From positions 186,001 through 250,000 of the forward strand of contig CM022679.1 in NCBI GenBank assembly GCA_012295275.1: a DNA stretch of 64,000 nt, given 5' to 3'. Under the pieces are notes generated by a model, which saw only the letters and a program-made list of their open reading frames with translations, had not been told where the DNA came from and made no database searches. Positions 45,801 to 59,198 of this stretch are shown here, in pieces; the stretch's first letter is position 1, and each line of letters begins with the position of its first letter. A program made the translations under genes and the position numbers. This DNA is from Chrysomallon squamiferum (lineage: Eukaryota; Animalia; Mollusca).

Positions 45801-48800
45801 ATTTTGAATCATTACTTTTAATAAATGTCGACTAAAGAAGAAGAAAAAATAATTATAAATAAATGAATAACTGACTAACTAACTACCTAAATAAATAAAT
45901 GAATATATAATGTTGGTTATAATTGTTTGTTATGTGTTTAAAGTTTGTTTGTTTCAGCTCAGTGTATCAATAAGTTGACATTTCTGAATCGGAATCCTGA
46001 GATGCCAGCTGTGTTAAACCCACCAGGTGACATTTTAAATATTTTATAAAACATAAATAAATACGTTTATTTTAATTTAGGATTTTAACTTTAATTTTTT
46101 TAGTTAATTTATTTATTTAATTATTATTTTTCCTTTTCTTTTTTTTTTAGATCTTCATCCGTGTATTTTGAAGAGAAACATTTGGGCACCACGCGATGGT
46201 TTTACAACAATTAAAAATATTCCATTAAGCAAGTATGAAGTTATACAGTTTATATGAGGCAGTAGATTTGTAATTACTTTTAGACTGTTTTGAGAAATAT
46301 AGAGTAAATCTGTTACATAATTTGTTACTCACTGACGTCAGTATTTGTTTAAAACTGCAAACAGATAAATAAAATGTGAAATAATCCTCACAAAATTTTC
46401 ACACTTTTAATTCTTTTATATTATTTTAAGAAAAGTCACTTTTTATATATTACTTGTTGATAAACTGTTACACTGTAAGTTAGTTGTTGAACTGACCTAG
46501 GTTGTGGGTAGTTTGTAAAACAGTTGGTTTTAAAAGATGAGATGTCTATAAGTCGGAACATGTTGCTGTACAATAAAACTTCTCCAACAGTGACATTATT
46601 TTAGAATTAGATTGTATAAATGGTCTTCAGTTAAAAGTTAATGTATTGACTGCTAGCTTTAAGCTGTATTTCAGTTGTGAAAGTCCAGGAAGAACACATG
46701 ATTTTAAAGAAAAGACCAAGAATGGAATATATCAACACATCAGTCATTCTTAGAAAACACAAAGAAAAACTGAGGTATATGATCAAAAGAAAGAAAGCCA
46801 GTTTAGAAGAGAAGATTCAGCAGGAAGTGAATGTAAATTTACAGATTTTATTAAATTTATGACAAGTGTTGTTTAAGAATGTCCACACACAGTCTGACTG
46901 TGATGGGGAATGAAATATAAGAACATCTCTGAGTGAAATCATTTTGACGTAACATGTTATACAATTTGAATTTTCTCTCATTATTTCTCTTTCTTAAACT
47001 TTGTATTTTAGCAAGAGGTAGCAGATGCAGTCAGAGAACGAGATTTTCTGAAGAAAGAAGAAATAAAACGAAGACGTTTGAGTGAATCTGACTCACAGCT
47101 GTGTCATTTGTGTAAGAAACAAATAGATGAAACAGAGTAAGTGTATTATTGTGACACACACATATATATATATATACATATGCACACACACATGTATATA
47201 CAAACATACATAGGGGTCATTCCGTGTCAAATCACCCAAAAAAAAAAGAAATTTAAACCCGACCGTCTCAGATTTTTATGAAACTTGGTATACTTGTTGA
47301 CTGGGATCCCACAGCACCAAATATGAAATTTTAGCTCAATCAGACCAGTGGTGTGGGAGATACGGCCCTCTGAATTTTGAGATTTTTGCCAAAAATGGGT
47401 GTGACCACCAACCTTAGAACCCTCATATCTCAGGAACTACTGGGCCAATCTTCATAAAATTGGTATTGTTAGAAAGGCAAAATGACAAGGATACCAAATC
47501 TGCCATTTTTGTTTAGTTTGGAAAATATTGGAGTACCTTGACCTTTTGACCTTTGCTATGACCGTGAAATTGACCGTGTGGATCACGTGATCTTGAGATG
47601 ACCTTTATTGAAATTTAATCTCCCACATGTTAACTAAAACATATAAAAGTTTCCTGGGTATAATATTTTTTGTTTAGCCACAATATAGATTTAAAAAATG
47701 CACATACATGAAAATAACACCTTTTCAGCCATTAACATCTGATTAACTAAAACCTGAATGATCAATTCTGGATGCTAGGAATCACCATCTCTCTTGATCA
47801 TCGAGTAAGACATTGTAGGCCTACATGTATGCATAAAGTTCACATATAAAAGTTTCCTGGGTATAATATTTTTTATATATTTTTATGTGTCTGTATGTAT
47901 GTATACATGTGTATGTGAGTGTGTACACATAAACACACACACACACTCACAAACATATATATACTCATACATTGCTACCTGCTAATAAGCAATCAAATTG
48001 AAAATGAATTTAAAAACAAAAATTTAACAAGATATCACACACAAGGTTAGAGACATTTCTGTTTCTGTAGATTGTTTGTGGACTGTGAACTCTGCTCAGC
48101 CTGGTTTCATGGTTCGTGTGTTGGTCTCACTACTGTAACATATCTCAAGTACATGGAAGCTTTCCTCTGTAAAGAGTGTAAAGAACAGCAAGACAGCACA
48201 TACCAGCAACTTCACTGTATTTGTAGAACACCTCTAGATGATGGAAAGTAAGTCTTAATTTTAAACTTTGCAAAATTCTACATTTGAAAGGAAATCTGAA
48301 TTTCGAACTTTGTAAGAATTTCGAGAATTTAATTGCAAGTTTCTTGGGAAGAAAAGTTGTTTCTCTTTTTGGTAGTTTTTATTATATTGTTATTTTTTTT
48401 ATACCTATAAATAAAACTGAATGTGTTATTAGAATATTGAAATTAGCTTAAATAAATGGTGTAATCGACGATCACTTGTCTCAGTTTAGAGATCTACACT
48501 AAAAGTGATTTCTAGAATAAAACACACAGCTGTACTCTGACTATAGTTTGTAGATGCAACTAGTGTTAATACTGTCATAGAAGTTTGGCAGGTATGAGCT
48601 GATCACTGGAACAGTTCATTTACAACATAAGAATATAAAGATGGTTTTGATTGTTTCAGGTTTTACGTAGGCTGTGATGAGTGTCAGGGCTGGTTTCACG
48701 GATCATGTGTGGGCATCACTGAAGAAAGAGCCAACAAAATAGACTTCTATACGTGTCCTCTCTGTCTGGGAAAGAAAAAAGATGTGAAAAAAAAACATTT

Positions 48801-49613
48801 CTTAACAGACTCTGATTATGAGAGGCTTTGGGATCTTGTTTGTAATGTTAAGGTATGAGAAATGATGTTGTTAGTTTTTTTATGTCACTACCAGTATGAA
48901 ACCTGATACTGCTTCATACTGCATGTTTTACTGGACTTTCTTGTCTTTCACACAGTATTTAGTTATTAAATTACTAAGTAGTGTTATGGATTTTAAATGA
49001 AAATATAGTATTGCTAGTTTTAAATGACACTTATAAATTTTGTTTCAGAATCACAAGATGTCAAAAACACTCAAAGTTACAAATGTCACAGCTGAAGATC
49101 CTCATGGTTATGTTGTAGAAACTCGAACTGTAGGTTTGTTAAATTTTGTAAATTTTAAATATACTCAGTGGTTTGTTATACTTTGTAATATAGACATATT
49201 AAATATATCCAGTGGGCATTATATTTTGTAAACCTGATATATTTTAAATATACTCAATGGGTTTATTATATTTTCAGATAATAAAAAGATTAGTTACTTT
49301 GCAAGATACTGTAATTTTTAGCTTTAATAATTATTAATAGGTTTGTTATATTTTGTAATAGTTGGTGTGTTATATTCTAAAAAATACAGTAGGTATATTA
49401 TTGAAAAATGTGTTTTTAACTTCAGATCTGAGTGTTGTTGAAAAGAGACTTATTTTAAAACATTACGACACACTTGCTGACTTTGTACATGACATGACAA
49501 CGATGTTTCACAACTGCAGAATGAAACACACGAGCAGTTCAGCACCGTATCAGTGTGCAGAAATCCTAGAATCTTTCTTTGTTCAGAGACTGAAATCACT
49601 GAGAATAAAATAA
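42582..49613 (+). CDS. Partial, divergent BPTF/NURF301 paralog: novel N-terminus + coiled coil + 2 PHD fingers + degenerate bromodomain
   Basis: Exons ~42582-42603, 43035-43121, 43321-43603, 45047-45273, 45958-46027, 46151-46232, 46664/46675-46832, 47012-47136, 48071-48247, 48660-48852, 49049-49133 and 49426-49613 can be joined in frame. [28 protein letters not shown] matches the BPTF coiled coil; two Cys4-His-Cys3 PHDs; DLSVVEKRL...HNCR...[16 protein letters not shown]. The start codon and the 46151 exon junctions are uncertain. Confidence 0.82.
43620..44740. repeat. ~1.1 kb intronic minisatellite, 28 bp unit TGTGTTCATGTGTTTGTGTACTAGTTCT
   Basis: Tandem units, homogeneous in the centre and decayed at the edges; begins just after a splice donor. 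Confidence 0.96.
47213..47875. mobile_element. Non-autonomous DNA-transposon remnant in an intron of the BPTF paralog
   Basis: Abrupt compositional shift starting GGGGTCATTCCGTGTCAAATCACCC inside a (CA/TA) microsatellite; atgaaacttggta and accttgaccttttgacc motifs; internal ~30-bp duplication. Second terminus not found. Confidence 0.5.
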
Positions 49614-49614
49614 T

Positions 49615-49935
49615 ACAGTGATCATTATCTTATCATCAATGTCTTCATCATTGTCTTATCATCTGTATGGTGATCGTTATTTTATCATCAGTATAGTGAT
49701 TATTATCATGTCATCGGTATGATCATTTTATTATCAGTATAGTGATAATTATTTTACCATCAGTATAGTGATCATTATATTATCAATATGGTGATCATTA
49801 TCTTATCAGTATAGTGATCATTACCATAACAGTATAGCTATCATTATTTTATCATCAGTATAGTGATCATTATCTTATCATCAGTGTATTGATCGTTATT
49901 GTATCATCAGTATTGTGACTTTGTTTTATCATCAT
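49615..49935. repeat. ~23-26 bp minisatellite immediately after the stop codon (3'UTR)
   Basis: Repeats of cagtatagtgatcattattttatcat. Confidence 0.88.
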
Positions 49936-51526
49936 TAGAGGTTATGAAAATTGCACTATGTAATTAGTGAGATTACTTTAATCATCACTTTTGATCTTGT
50001 TATAACTTGTTAAATTATCTTATTTTCTAATTGGTAAATATTTTATAATTTATTACGAGTAATAATACACGTTTCAGTTACTAAGGTTAATAGTGATGTT
50101 TGTTCAATGGATTTTAACAGCACAGTCATTTCACATTTAAGTAGGTTATCTTCAATCTCAAATTGTGTCATCATGTCTTCTGATAAATAAACTACAATTT
50201 ATTTAATATATAAAGATTATGAAACTGCAGATGTTACATGGATAATACAGTTAATTTTAAAAAACATGATGTTATTAATATGTATTTATACTGTGAGGAC
50301 ATAATGTACTACATATAAAACACACTTTGATGAGGTGACTGTGCTAAATGAAAACTTTGAAAATGTTAACTTTCATATATACAACATTTTATTAATTTTG
50401 AGTTTTTGTTTCTTAAAGAGCTGCTTGTGATAATTATTTTGAGTGTGTGAGACAGTGATTTAAAGTAAATTATCAGTTTGTGAGTTACAAGCAAATTAAA
50501 CACAAGTTTATGATAATTATGACTAATTGTCTTATTGTTAGTATATGCAAACATGTGCATATGTGTTTAACTGTTTCTTTGATCAGTGCACTTTGTCAAA
50601 TCTGAAACTTTTAAAAGTTAACTTTATGAAAATGTTCTCATTTGAACGCACAAAGCATTCTGTTTTAACATAATATTTAACATTTAATTACAGCTTTTGG
50701 CATTTTAATGTTCACTGACGGAATTGTTCATTGTTTTAAACTGTTTTGTTTGTTAAATCAGCAACTTTGTGTGTTATTATTTGGCATTAGCTAAAATACA
50801 TTAAAAAATAGATGTGATGATGATGATAAATTAATATCAACAACAACAGTAATAATAAATTAAAATTTTATATAAACTGATTCTGTATGCTATTTTTAAA
50901 ACATGTTGGCAATTTTTATTTATTTTATATATTTATATATCTGTCTTGCTGTATGTCTGTCTGTTTAAATGATATTAATACTGTTATTGAACTGAAATGT
51001 TAATAAATGTTTGACTGTCGATTTTTGAGTCTGTTTAAAGAAACAAAATGGTATGTTTTAAAAAGATGAAATCAGTTAGAAATGGATTATTAAATTATTA
51101 GTGTTTAATTTTTCAGAGAATCTGGAATGTTTTTCAGGTATTTATCATTATTTATTTTATAAATTCATTAGACTTGTTCCTAAATACATGTCACAAACCT
51201 ATACATAAAAAATGTTAATATTAATTAATTAAAAATTTGTTTCATTTCAAATATAAATCTGAAATGTATGGCTTTGGGGCTATTTTCTGTTATAGGCAAT
51301 TCCCCAGTTATCAATGAATGTTACCCCAAAAAAAAAAAAAAATATTGAAAATGGTGAACATCCTGTATTTAAAAACTCAAAACATAGCACACATTTTGTG
51401 CAGAAAGTATCACACTATATTTAATTTATAATTCATGGTAAAATTCTAGAACTCTCAGAAATTTAAAATGATTCCATCACACCTATTTGACCAAATATAT
51501 CTGCCAAAACTTACCCTGTTATCAAA

Positions 51527-52030
51527 AACTGGAAAGTGTTCTCTGAGAACTGTCACATAATTAAGCTAACCTTTATATAAATAAAATATATTACACTATC
51601 AAAATTAAAGACTGTAAAGTATTCTGTGAGACCTATCACGTAATTAAACTAACCTGTATATAAATAAAATCTGTTAAAGAAACTATCAATATTAAAGACT
51701 GGAAAGTGTTCTCTGAGAACTATCACGTAATTAAGCTAAGAGTATATAAATAAAATATATTACACAAACTATCAATATTAAAGACTGTGAAGTGTTCTCT
51801 GAGAACTTCACGTAATTAAGCTAAGAGTATATAAATAAAATATATTACACAAACTATCAATATTAAAGACAGTAAAATGTTCTCTGAGAACTATCACATA
51901 ATTATCCAACAGCATATATATATAATATATTACACAAACTATCAATATTAAAGACTGGAAAGTGTTCTCTGAGAACTATCACGTAATTAAGCCAACAGTA
52001 TATAAATAAAATATATTACACAAACTATCA
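51527..52030. repeat. ~85 bp tandem repeat, about 6 copies, upstream of ATG12
   Basis: Unit aaagactggaaagtgttctctgagaactatcacgtaattaagc...tattacacaaactatcaatatt. Confidence 0.93.
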
Positions 52031-52332
52031 GCAAACTGATTGAAGCATAATGCGCGCATACATCACACAAACGAATGAACCATATACTTTTTCTTTCAAG
52101 AAAATACATACTTTTAAGATTAAAAATAAAATAATTGGCGTTAAGTGGTGTTGGTCATTCATCGGGGTAAACTCACACAAACATGCACGAACATAAACAC
52201 ACACGTCAATTTTAAATTGTCAGTTTTACTTTAACGATTTAGGTCATGGAAAAGCACGGAGGAAAGATTTAAAAATAAAATAAATAGAACAGAATGCAAT
52301 AAAATGCAATAAAATAAAAAATAGTTAAAAAG

Positions 52333-52363
<31 letters not shown>

Positions 52364-52552
52364 GTGTAAAACATCATAAAATAGTTTGACCGGAAATGAA
52401 TGTGAAAATGCATTTTGAGGAAGTCAACTTTAATTCCAGAAATCCATATTAAATTTTCAGATGCTGGCGAAAATAAATTCATATGCTGAACAAACTTATT
52501 TATTTGTTTCTTTTATAACTGGAATACTGTGATCCACACTTGAGGAATTTAG

Positions 52553-54121
52553 ATGACGGAGAACAGGGTTTTAAATGCTGCGGAACATAAAACCAAATCT
52601 AGTTATTTTGTGACGATGTCTGATGCGGAAGAACAATCGTCTACTTCTAAACTAAGCAATGAAACGCCACTTCATACAGACGATAAAAGTAGTGACACAT
52701 CATCAACAGATCAAGCACAGACCATAGACTCACAAAATAAAGGAAGTCCCAAACTTACGAAGTCTAAGATTGATAAAAGCACCAAGGGAGATAAAGGTTT
52801 AGTCTAAAATAACGATAATAAAATTACTTATTAATTTAGTGTTTACTATATTATATATAATAATAACCGAGTATATATGTAATTTGAATATTAGTTTTAA
52901 AATCATTTTTGGTTTATTCATTGCAAAAGGCGCACTCTGTCAGTTACTCATAATCGTGACTACAATAACTAATCCATAACATACATACAAAATTAAGGTC
53001 ACTTTGCAATAATTTTAATAAATGGATGGATATATTTATGCATTTCATCTTGATCATTATTTATATCTATCTGAGTATTAAAAAAAATATATATATATAT
53101 ATATATATATGTAGAAATAATAATAATCATCATCATCATAATAATTAAAAAATATAAATAAATGTTACTTTTTTAAACATTTTCTTTTAATGATTTTTAT
53201 TGTTTCAGTTGATATCTTGTTAAAAGCTACAGGAGATGCACCAATTCTGAAAACAAAAAAATGGTCAGTTTTTCGAACAAAAAAAATAAATTGGGTGTGT
53301 GAATTTATCAAAAAATTGATGAAGTTGAATTCCTCTGATTCTCTGGTGAGTTTTATTATATTTTGACTGATTTCATTGTTAACATTTGTGTAATTTGTAA
53401 GTTTCATTATTGATGACATTTTACATGTGACATATCTGTTTCCATTTCACAAGCTAGACTTACCAACTTTCTTAGTAGCAAGGAATCTTTTCTGTGCACT
53501 CAGACATGAGGTTTAATGTTTGCCTAAGATATAAATGAGTTTTTAATTTGTAACTTACTGCAGAAGTGTTGTTTTCAGTTTTTCTATGTGAACCAGTCTT
53601 TTTCACCATCCCCGGACACAGAGGTTGGAGTTCTGTTTGATGTGAGTACAGTTAAATCTCTACATTATTTCTTTTGTAACACCAGTGAAATAAATTAGCA
53701 TCTACATTTGATATTAAGAAAAACAAATTGAAAACAGAGAATATCAGTTTCTGAGTTACTAAAACATTCATCTGACAATAATTTTGTTTTGTAACTGGAT
53801 TTTTTATTATGCTTAGCCAATATTTGCAACTCAGTGAAGACATTCTGTGGACAGTTTCATAACGTCAAATATAATTAAATATAATAAACTGTAACAATTA
53901 ATAGTAATATTTTCAACTTGGCATCAAAATCTTCATTTTTAATTTTTTTCTGATAAACATTAAGCAGAGTTTAACTTTTGTTAAGATATTGATTTCTATA
54001 CATTTTACACATTATAATTTTTTTTTATAGTAGAGAATGATTATTTTTATTTTTATTTCAGTGTTTTGGAAGTGATGGAAAGTTAGTTTTACATTACTGT
54101 CGGAGCCAGGCATGGGGCTGA
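52553..54121 (+). CDS. ATG12: Ubiquitin-like autophagy protein ATG12
   Basis: Exons ~52553(or ATG 52616)-52796, 53209-53345, 53579-53641, 54062-54121: KVDILLKATGDAPILKTKKW...LFFYVNQSFSPSPD...CFGSDGKLVLHYCRSQAWG-stop, with the terminal Gly. Confidence 0.96.
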
Positions 54122-55425
54122 TACATTATCTGAAGCTAATATATTTTAATTTACATTAAAGTGACAGAGGGACTAAAATGTTAGTTTTTATTTAACTGTG
54201 ATCAGTTGTCTGGCAACAACATATTTATTGTTAAATTTAAAATTGTATACATTTAAGATTTCGAAAACCTGCAAGTATTTAATACGATACAGATATGTGT
54301 TATTTGATATCACTGAAATCGTACTTTAAAATCAAAGTGCTAATGATTGTACCTGATTACAGGATAATATTTCATTACACAATAATTAATAATAAATCTT
54401 ATGTTTTCTTTGCTTTAATACTACAGAATGAAATATTAAAATAAATAGATGTGTTTTAAAATAATCAAATGCAATGTATTTATGTTGAGTACAAATGATT
54501 ATTTGTTGATGTGAAATTTGAAAAATAGTTGAAACTAATGTGCTAAAGATTTGAACCTGAAAATGCAAAATACATTTATAACAACAATGTTGTCAGTGCT
54601 GATTTCATCTTTATAAAGAAAAGAAAATATTTATGAACAATGGTTTTAATATATTATTTTTTATTTATTTACAACATATTTTATCCATATACTTATGTAC
54701 ATTATATGCAACTGAGTTTCTTCATTATCACTGGTTTTTCATGATTCAGCAATTAATATTATAAATAAAGAAAAAAGAAAGAAGAGAAGAAAAAACAAAC
54801 AAAAAACCACCTGAAAACAAAAGTCAAATAAAAAAATGTCTTAATAAATTACACGCTGAAATGTGTTTATCTGATTTTAAATACAAAATAGGAACATTCC
54901 TCTAAATTATTGCCATCTTTTAAAATTTAAACACTTTATAAACTACAAGAGGTTTCCAAACAAAGATATTTAATGTAGATATTAAAAGAAATATATATTA
55001 ATATGAAATTTTCCACAGTAACTACTTTATAAATTTGTTTGAAATGGCTATCAAAAATAATCATCTATCAACAACTAGTGATGGACACAGCTGTATGATT
55101 TGTATTTTTTTAAATGTGACCAGCACTTTGAATTTAAGAAGCAGCATTTGACAATTACAAATGTTTGAAATTTTGAACTGCCTCAGACTTCAATTAAAAC
55201 AAACATTGAAATGAACAATTCCTTTAGATCCACAGAAAAGGAAATGCTCAGTTAACAGTTACCCTTCAAGTTTAATTCATTCACATAAGTAGACTACTTC
55301 AAGAGCTGGTGAACCTTGTGAGTATGAAAAAATGCTGACTCTGATGTATCCTGTTATTTCACACACTGTGTTAACGTTCAGTTGAGTCGTGTAAAAGAAT
55401 TCTACATCTCATCCAGTGAGTCACA

Positions 55426-57898
55426 TCACGATGCTTCCACTGCCTCCACTGGTCGTTTCTCAGACCGTTTCTTTTCTGAAGAACAATTAAAACATATATC
55501 TTGTTCTAAAAATAGCAGAACAAACACATTTAGTTATTTTACAGACAACAATCTGAATCAGGCTGATTCATTCACCTCACTACAGTACTTCTTCAGTGGT
55601 TTTTCTAATTGGTAAAGATACATTGAAACAGAATTTTTTTTTTAAACTGATTTTACTATTTTTTATTTTTATTTTTGTAAAATGTTTATATGTGTATATA
55701 TTTTTATATAAATACTAGTCTAAACACATAATAAAAACAGTTTTAATTTCTAACCTCCGATTTTGTCACCAGGCACTTCTGGTAAAATCAGTTTTTCTCC
55801 ATCTCCAGCAACTTCGGGCAAACTCTCCTGTAAAACAATTTTTAAACATTTTACATACACTGCAAATACATGGCCATACACATACATAATTTATGAATCT
55901 ATACACACACTATAAATACATGAGCATACACACACTAAAAATTCATGAACATTACACATAAACATTATATATTCTAAATATATAAACATGCACTGTAAGT
56001 CTACATAAGTAGTGTAAATTATAATTAAATTTATATAAATAATGTGAAGTATAAGTTATTTTAAATGTATAAACATATACACAGTAAATCCAAATCTTTG
56101 TGTGTAACACTAAATATGTAAAAAAATTATATACCTTGATAATTTCATCTAGTTCATTGAGTACGTCCTGTTCATCTTCCTCTGTCAAACCACCAGACAA
56201 CAATTCATCAATTTCCTAAAATATCAACAGAGATATCAATAAACTGCATTATCATCTTTCTTTATAACACAAATATCAATAAACATGTTATCAACTTTCA
56301 TTATAACACAAATATCAATAAACTTGTTATCAACTTTCTTTATAACAAACATCAATGAACTTTTTATAAACTTTCTTTATAACACAAATATCAATAAACT
56401 TGTTACCAACTTTCATTTTAACACAAATATCAATAAACTTGTTATAAACTTTCACTATAACACAAACATCAATAAACTTGTTATCAACATTCTTTATAAC
56501 AAAATATCAATGAACTTGTTATCAACATTCTTTATAACAAACATCAATAAACTTGTTATCAACATTCTTTAAACATAAATAACTGCACTAATATAATAAT
56601 AAATAATAAAATTTTAGGAATCAATCTTTCTGGCTTTGTTTACAAGTAAAATGAGATGTTACCTTTGAATAAAGTCTTGTGTGAAACCTTCATTTAATGT
56701 AAACACTTGAACATTTGTTGTTAAACTTACTCTTTGATATTCAATTCCTTCTCTTGTTTCGTCCATTATTCTTTCTACATTCTCTAAAGAAATGAGCTGA
56801 AATTAAAGGTTTATAATCTGTGTGTTAAATAAGAAAATGAAAAAAGTTAAGTAAATTAATTTACATTCTGATACAAAACAATACATAACAAACATCTTTT
56901 AAAGACATATGTGAACAAAACTGAGAAACTACAACAGAATATGTTTTGTGACACAACCAGCACAATGTAACTATAAAACATTTGTCAGTATATTGATAAT
57001 CAAAAACCTTTTCCCAAATTCTCACCTGCTATTTCATGTTGTTTTATGTTCAATGTTTTAGTACCAAGTATACAAGGAAACTGAATCTTTTAATATGATT
57101 ATTTACAACCTTATCAAAGCTGAAATACTGAATTTAATTTATTTATGTGTTAGTTACATTTAATAATTTACATGTAACAAGTTTTATGAAACACAAATGG
57201 TGTACCTGGTGCATTTTTTTGAGAGAAGCGTTTCCAATCTGGAGACCTTTCACAACTTCTGCTTCTATTTGAGCGAATTCTAAATCATGAACCTAGAGAA
57301 AGAAATACATTACAATAACAATAACAATAATATATATATATATATATATGTTTCAAACATTCACTGCCATTAATTACATTTATGTAGTATAAAAATAAAA
57401 ATAAAATACATTTATATAGTAGGAATTATAAGGAAGTGTGTACAGTGTGAATTATAAGTAAGTCTACAGACAGTGTGAATTAAAAGAGGTATACAGTGTG
57501 AATTATAATTAAGTCCATATAGGCCATGTGAATTACAATTAAGTTTACATAGACAGTGTGAATTGTAAGTACATTTATACACAGTGTGAATTGTAAGTCA
57601 GGTTATACTGATAGTGTGAATTGTAAGTAAGTTTATACAAATAGTGTGAATTGTAAGTAAGTTTATACAGATAGTGTGAATTGTAAGTAACTACCACACC
57701 ATTCACATGTATCAAAAGATACTGAGTAATAATCAGAACACCATACACATTATGTAAAGAATAACAACTCCCACCAACCAATTGTTGTATATTTTCTAAC
57801 TGTATGTCTGTTTTCTGAAGCAAGCCTTCCTGAAATTTCTTCTTTCTTAATAATAATTTGGCTTTTCTGAAAAGAAAAGAAATAATAATAATTAAATA

Positions 57899-57961
<63 letters not shown>

Positions 57962-58961
57962 AAAATAAAAAAATTAATAAAAATTTAGTAAAACAATGCA
58001 AAACAGTTAAAAAAAAGCATTTAAGCATGTAATATAATTTTGTATTAATGTAACTAATACGTAATGAACATGTTACAGTTATTTTAAACAAATTATTTAC
58101 TAATTTATGCATAATTTTAAAATAGTTTTAAAATACATTAATTAAATTAATTTACATATAAGGTCTTGCTTAAAATAATTTTATAAAACCATTTAAATTT
58201 TAAAAAGTAAATAATATAAATAATTATATTTAAAAAAAAAATTAAAATCCATTATTATATTACTCACTCAGTTTTTCCAAAACCATTTAACATTTTAAAA
58301 AGTAAATAATATAAATAATTACATTTAAAAAAAAAAATTAAAATCCATTATTATATTACTCACTCAGTTTTTCCTTCTTTGAGTAGCAAACGAGCAACAT
58401 TTCTTTCTTTTTCTAAATTAGCATTTATTTTCTTCTGATATTGTTTAAGACTGTCACGCTGTTGTTTCAGTTGCTGGAATAAAAAAAAAAAAAAAAAAAA
58501 TAAGAACAAAAATAAACTAAACAGCTGTAAGACTGGTAACACTTTTTACGAATTATATCGGTGTTCAGACTGTAATGTTTCATGAATATCGGTATCCTGC
58601 ATCAATTTGATCAAATCAAGTCTATAGCAGCGATGTTGTATTATAATTTATATATAATATTTATATGAACAGCGTAATTTATATGAGTTATTATATAGGC
58701 GTGACTAAATATATATTTGTGCGTGCATATATGTGTAAAATGAACGCGAACCTGACCTGTAGCCATATAATGATATATCTAATTAATTATATTGCAATTT
58801 ACACAGCTTCCTACTTTTAGAGTAAAAAAAAAAAAAAAAAAAAATGTGGTTACTTATATATTTTCTTATCATGTGCTAAGTTGTCATAAACTAACTAGAA
58901 TAGCCTTGTCTTGCTCTGTAACTCTAGATGTCTTATCTTTTTTTCCAAAGAGATTTCCCAT
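55426..58961 (-). CDS. CHMP6: Charged multivesicular body protein 6 (Vps20, ESCRT-III)
   Basis: MGNLFGKKDKTSRVTEQDKAILQLKQQRDSLKQYQKKI (myristoylation Gly2), KAKLLLRKKKFQE, DLEFAQIE, LSGGLTEEDEQDVLNEL; eight exons. Confidence 0.95.
56225..56570. repeat. ~40 bp minisatellite at a CHMP6 splice acceptor
   Basis: Repeats of aacacaaatatcaataaacttgttatcaactttc(t/a)ttat. Confidence 0.9.
57440..57690. repeat. ~30 bp minisatellite in a CHMP6 intron
   Basis: Repeats of agtgtgaattgtaagtaagtttatacag. Confidence 0.88.
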
Positions 58962-59167
58962 CCTGTTAGGCTTAGCTTAAAATATTTGTTATCTTATTTT
59001 ACACACATTATTTTCATCTTTTAACCGGAAGGATGTACTTACGAACTAGCAACGGGGTAAACATTTGTTTGTGCTTTCATTGGTCCTTCGTACCGTGTAT
59101 TTCATGAATTATGCACGTGTATATCACAACATTTTTTTATAGACGTGTTAGGTGACGTTTCTCGGTC

Positions 59168-59198
<31 letters not shown>

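Noticed and set aside
42582-49613. BPTF paralog as an assembly duplicate or processed pseudogene
   Set aside because: Too divergent from the parent to be a haplotype artefact, retains introns, and no stop or frameshift was found in the homologous exons.
53430-53530. Possible SINE fragment in an ATG12 intron (agcaaggaatctttt)
   Set aside because: Too short and degenerate to support without a repeat library.
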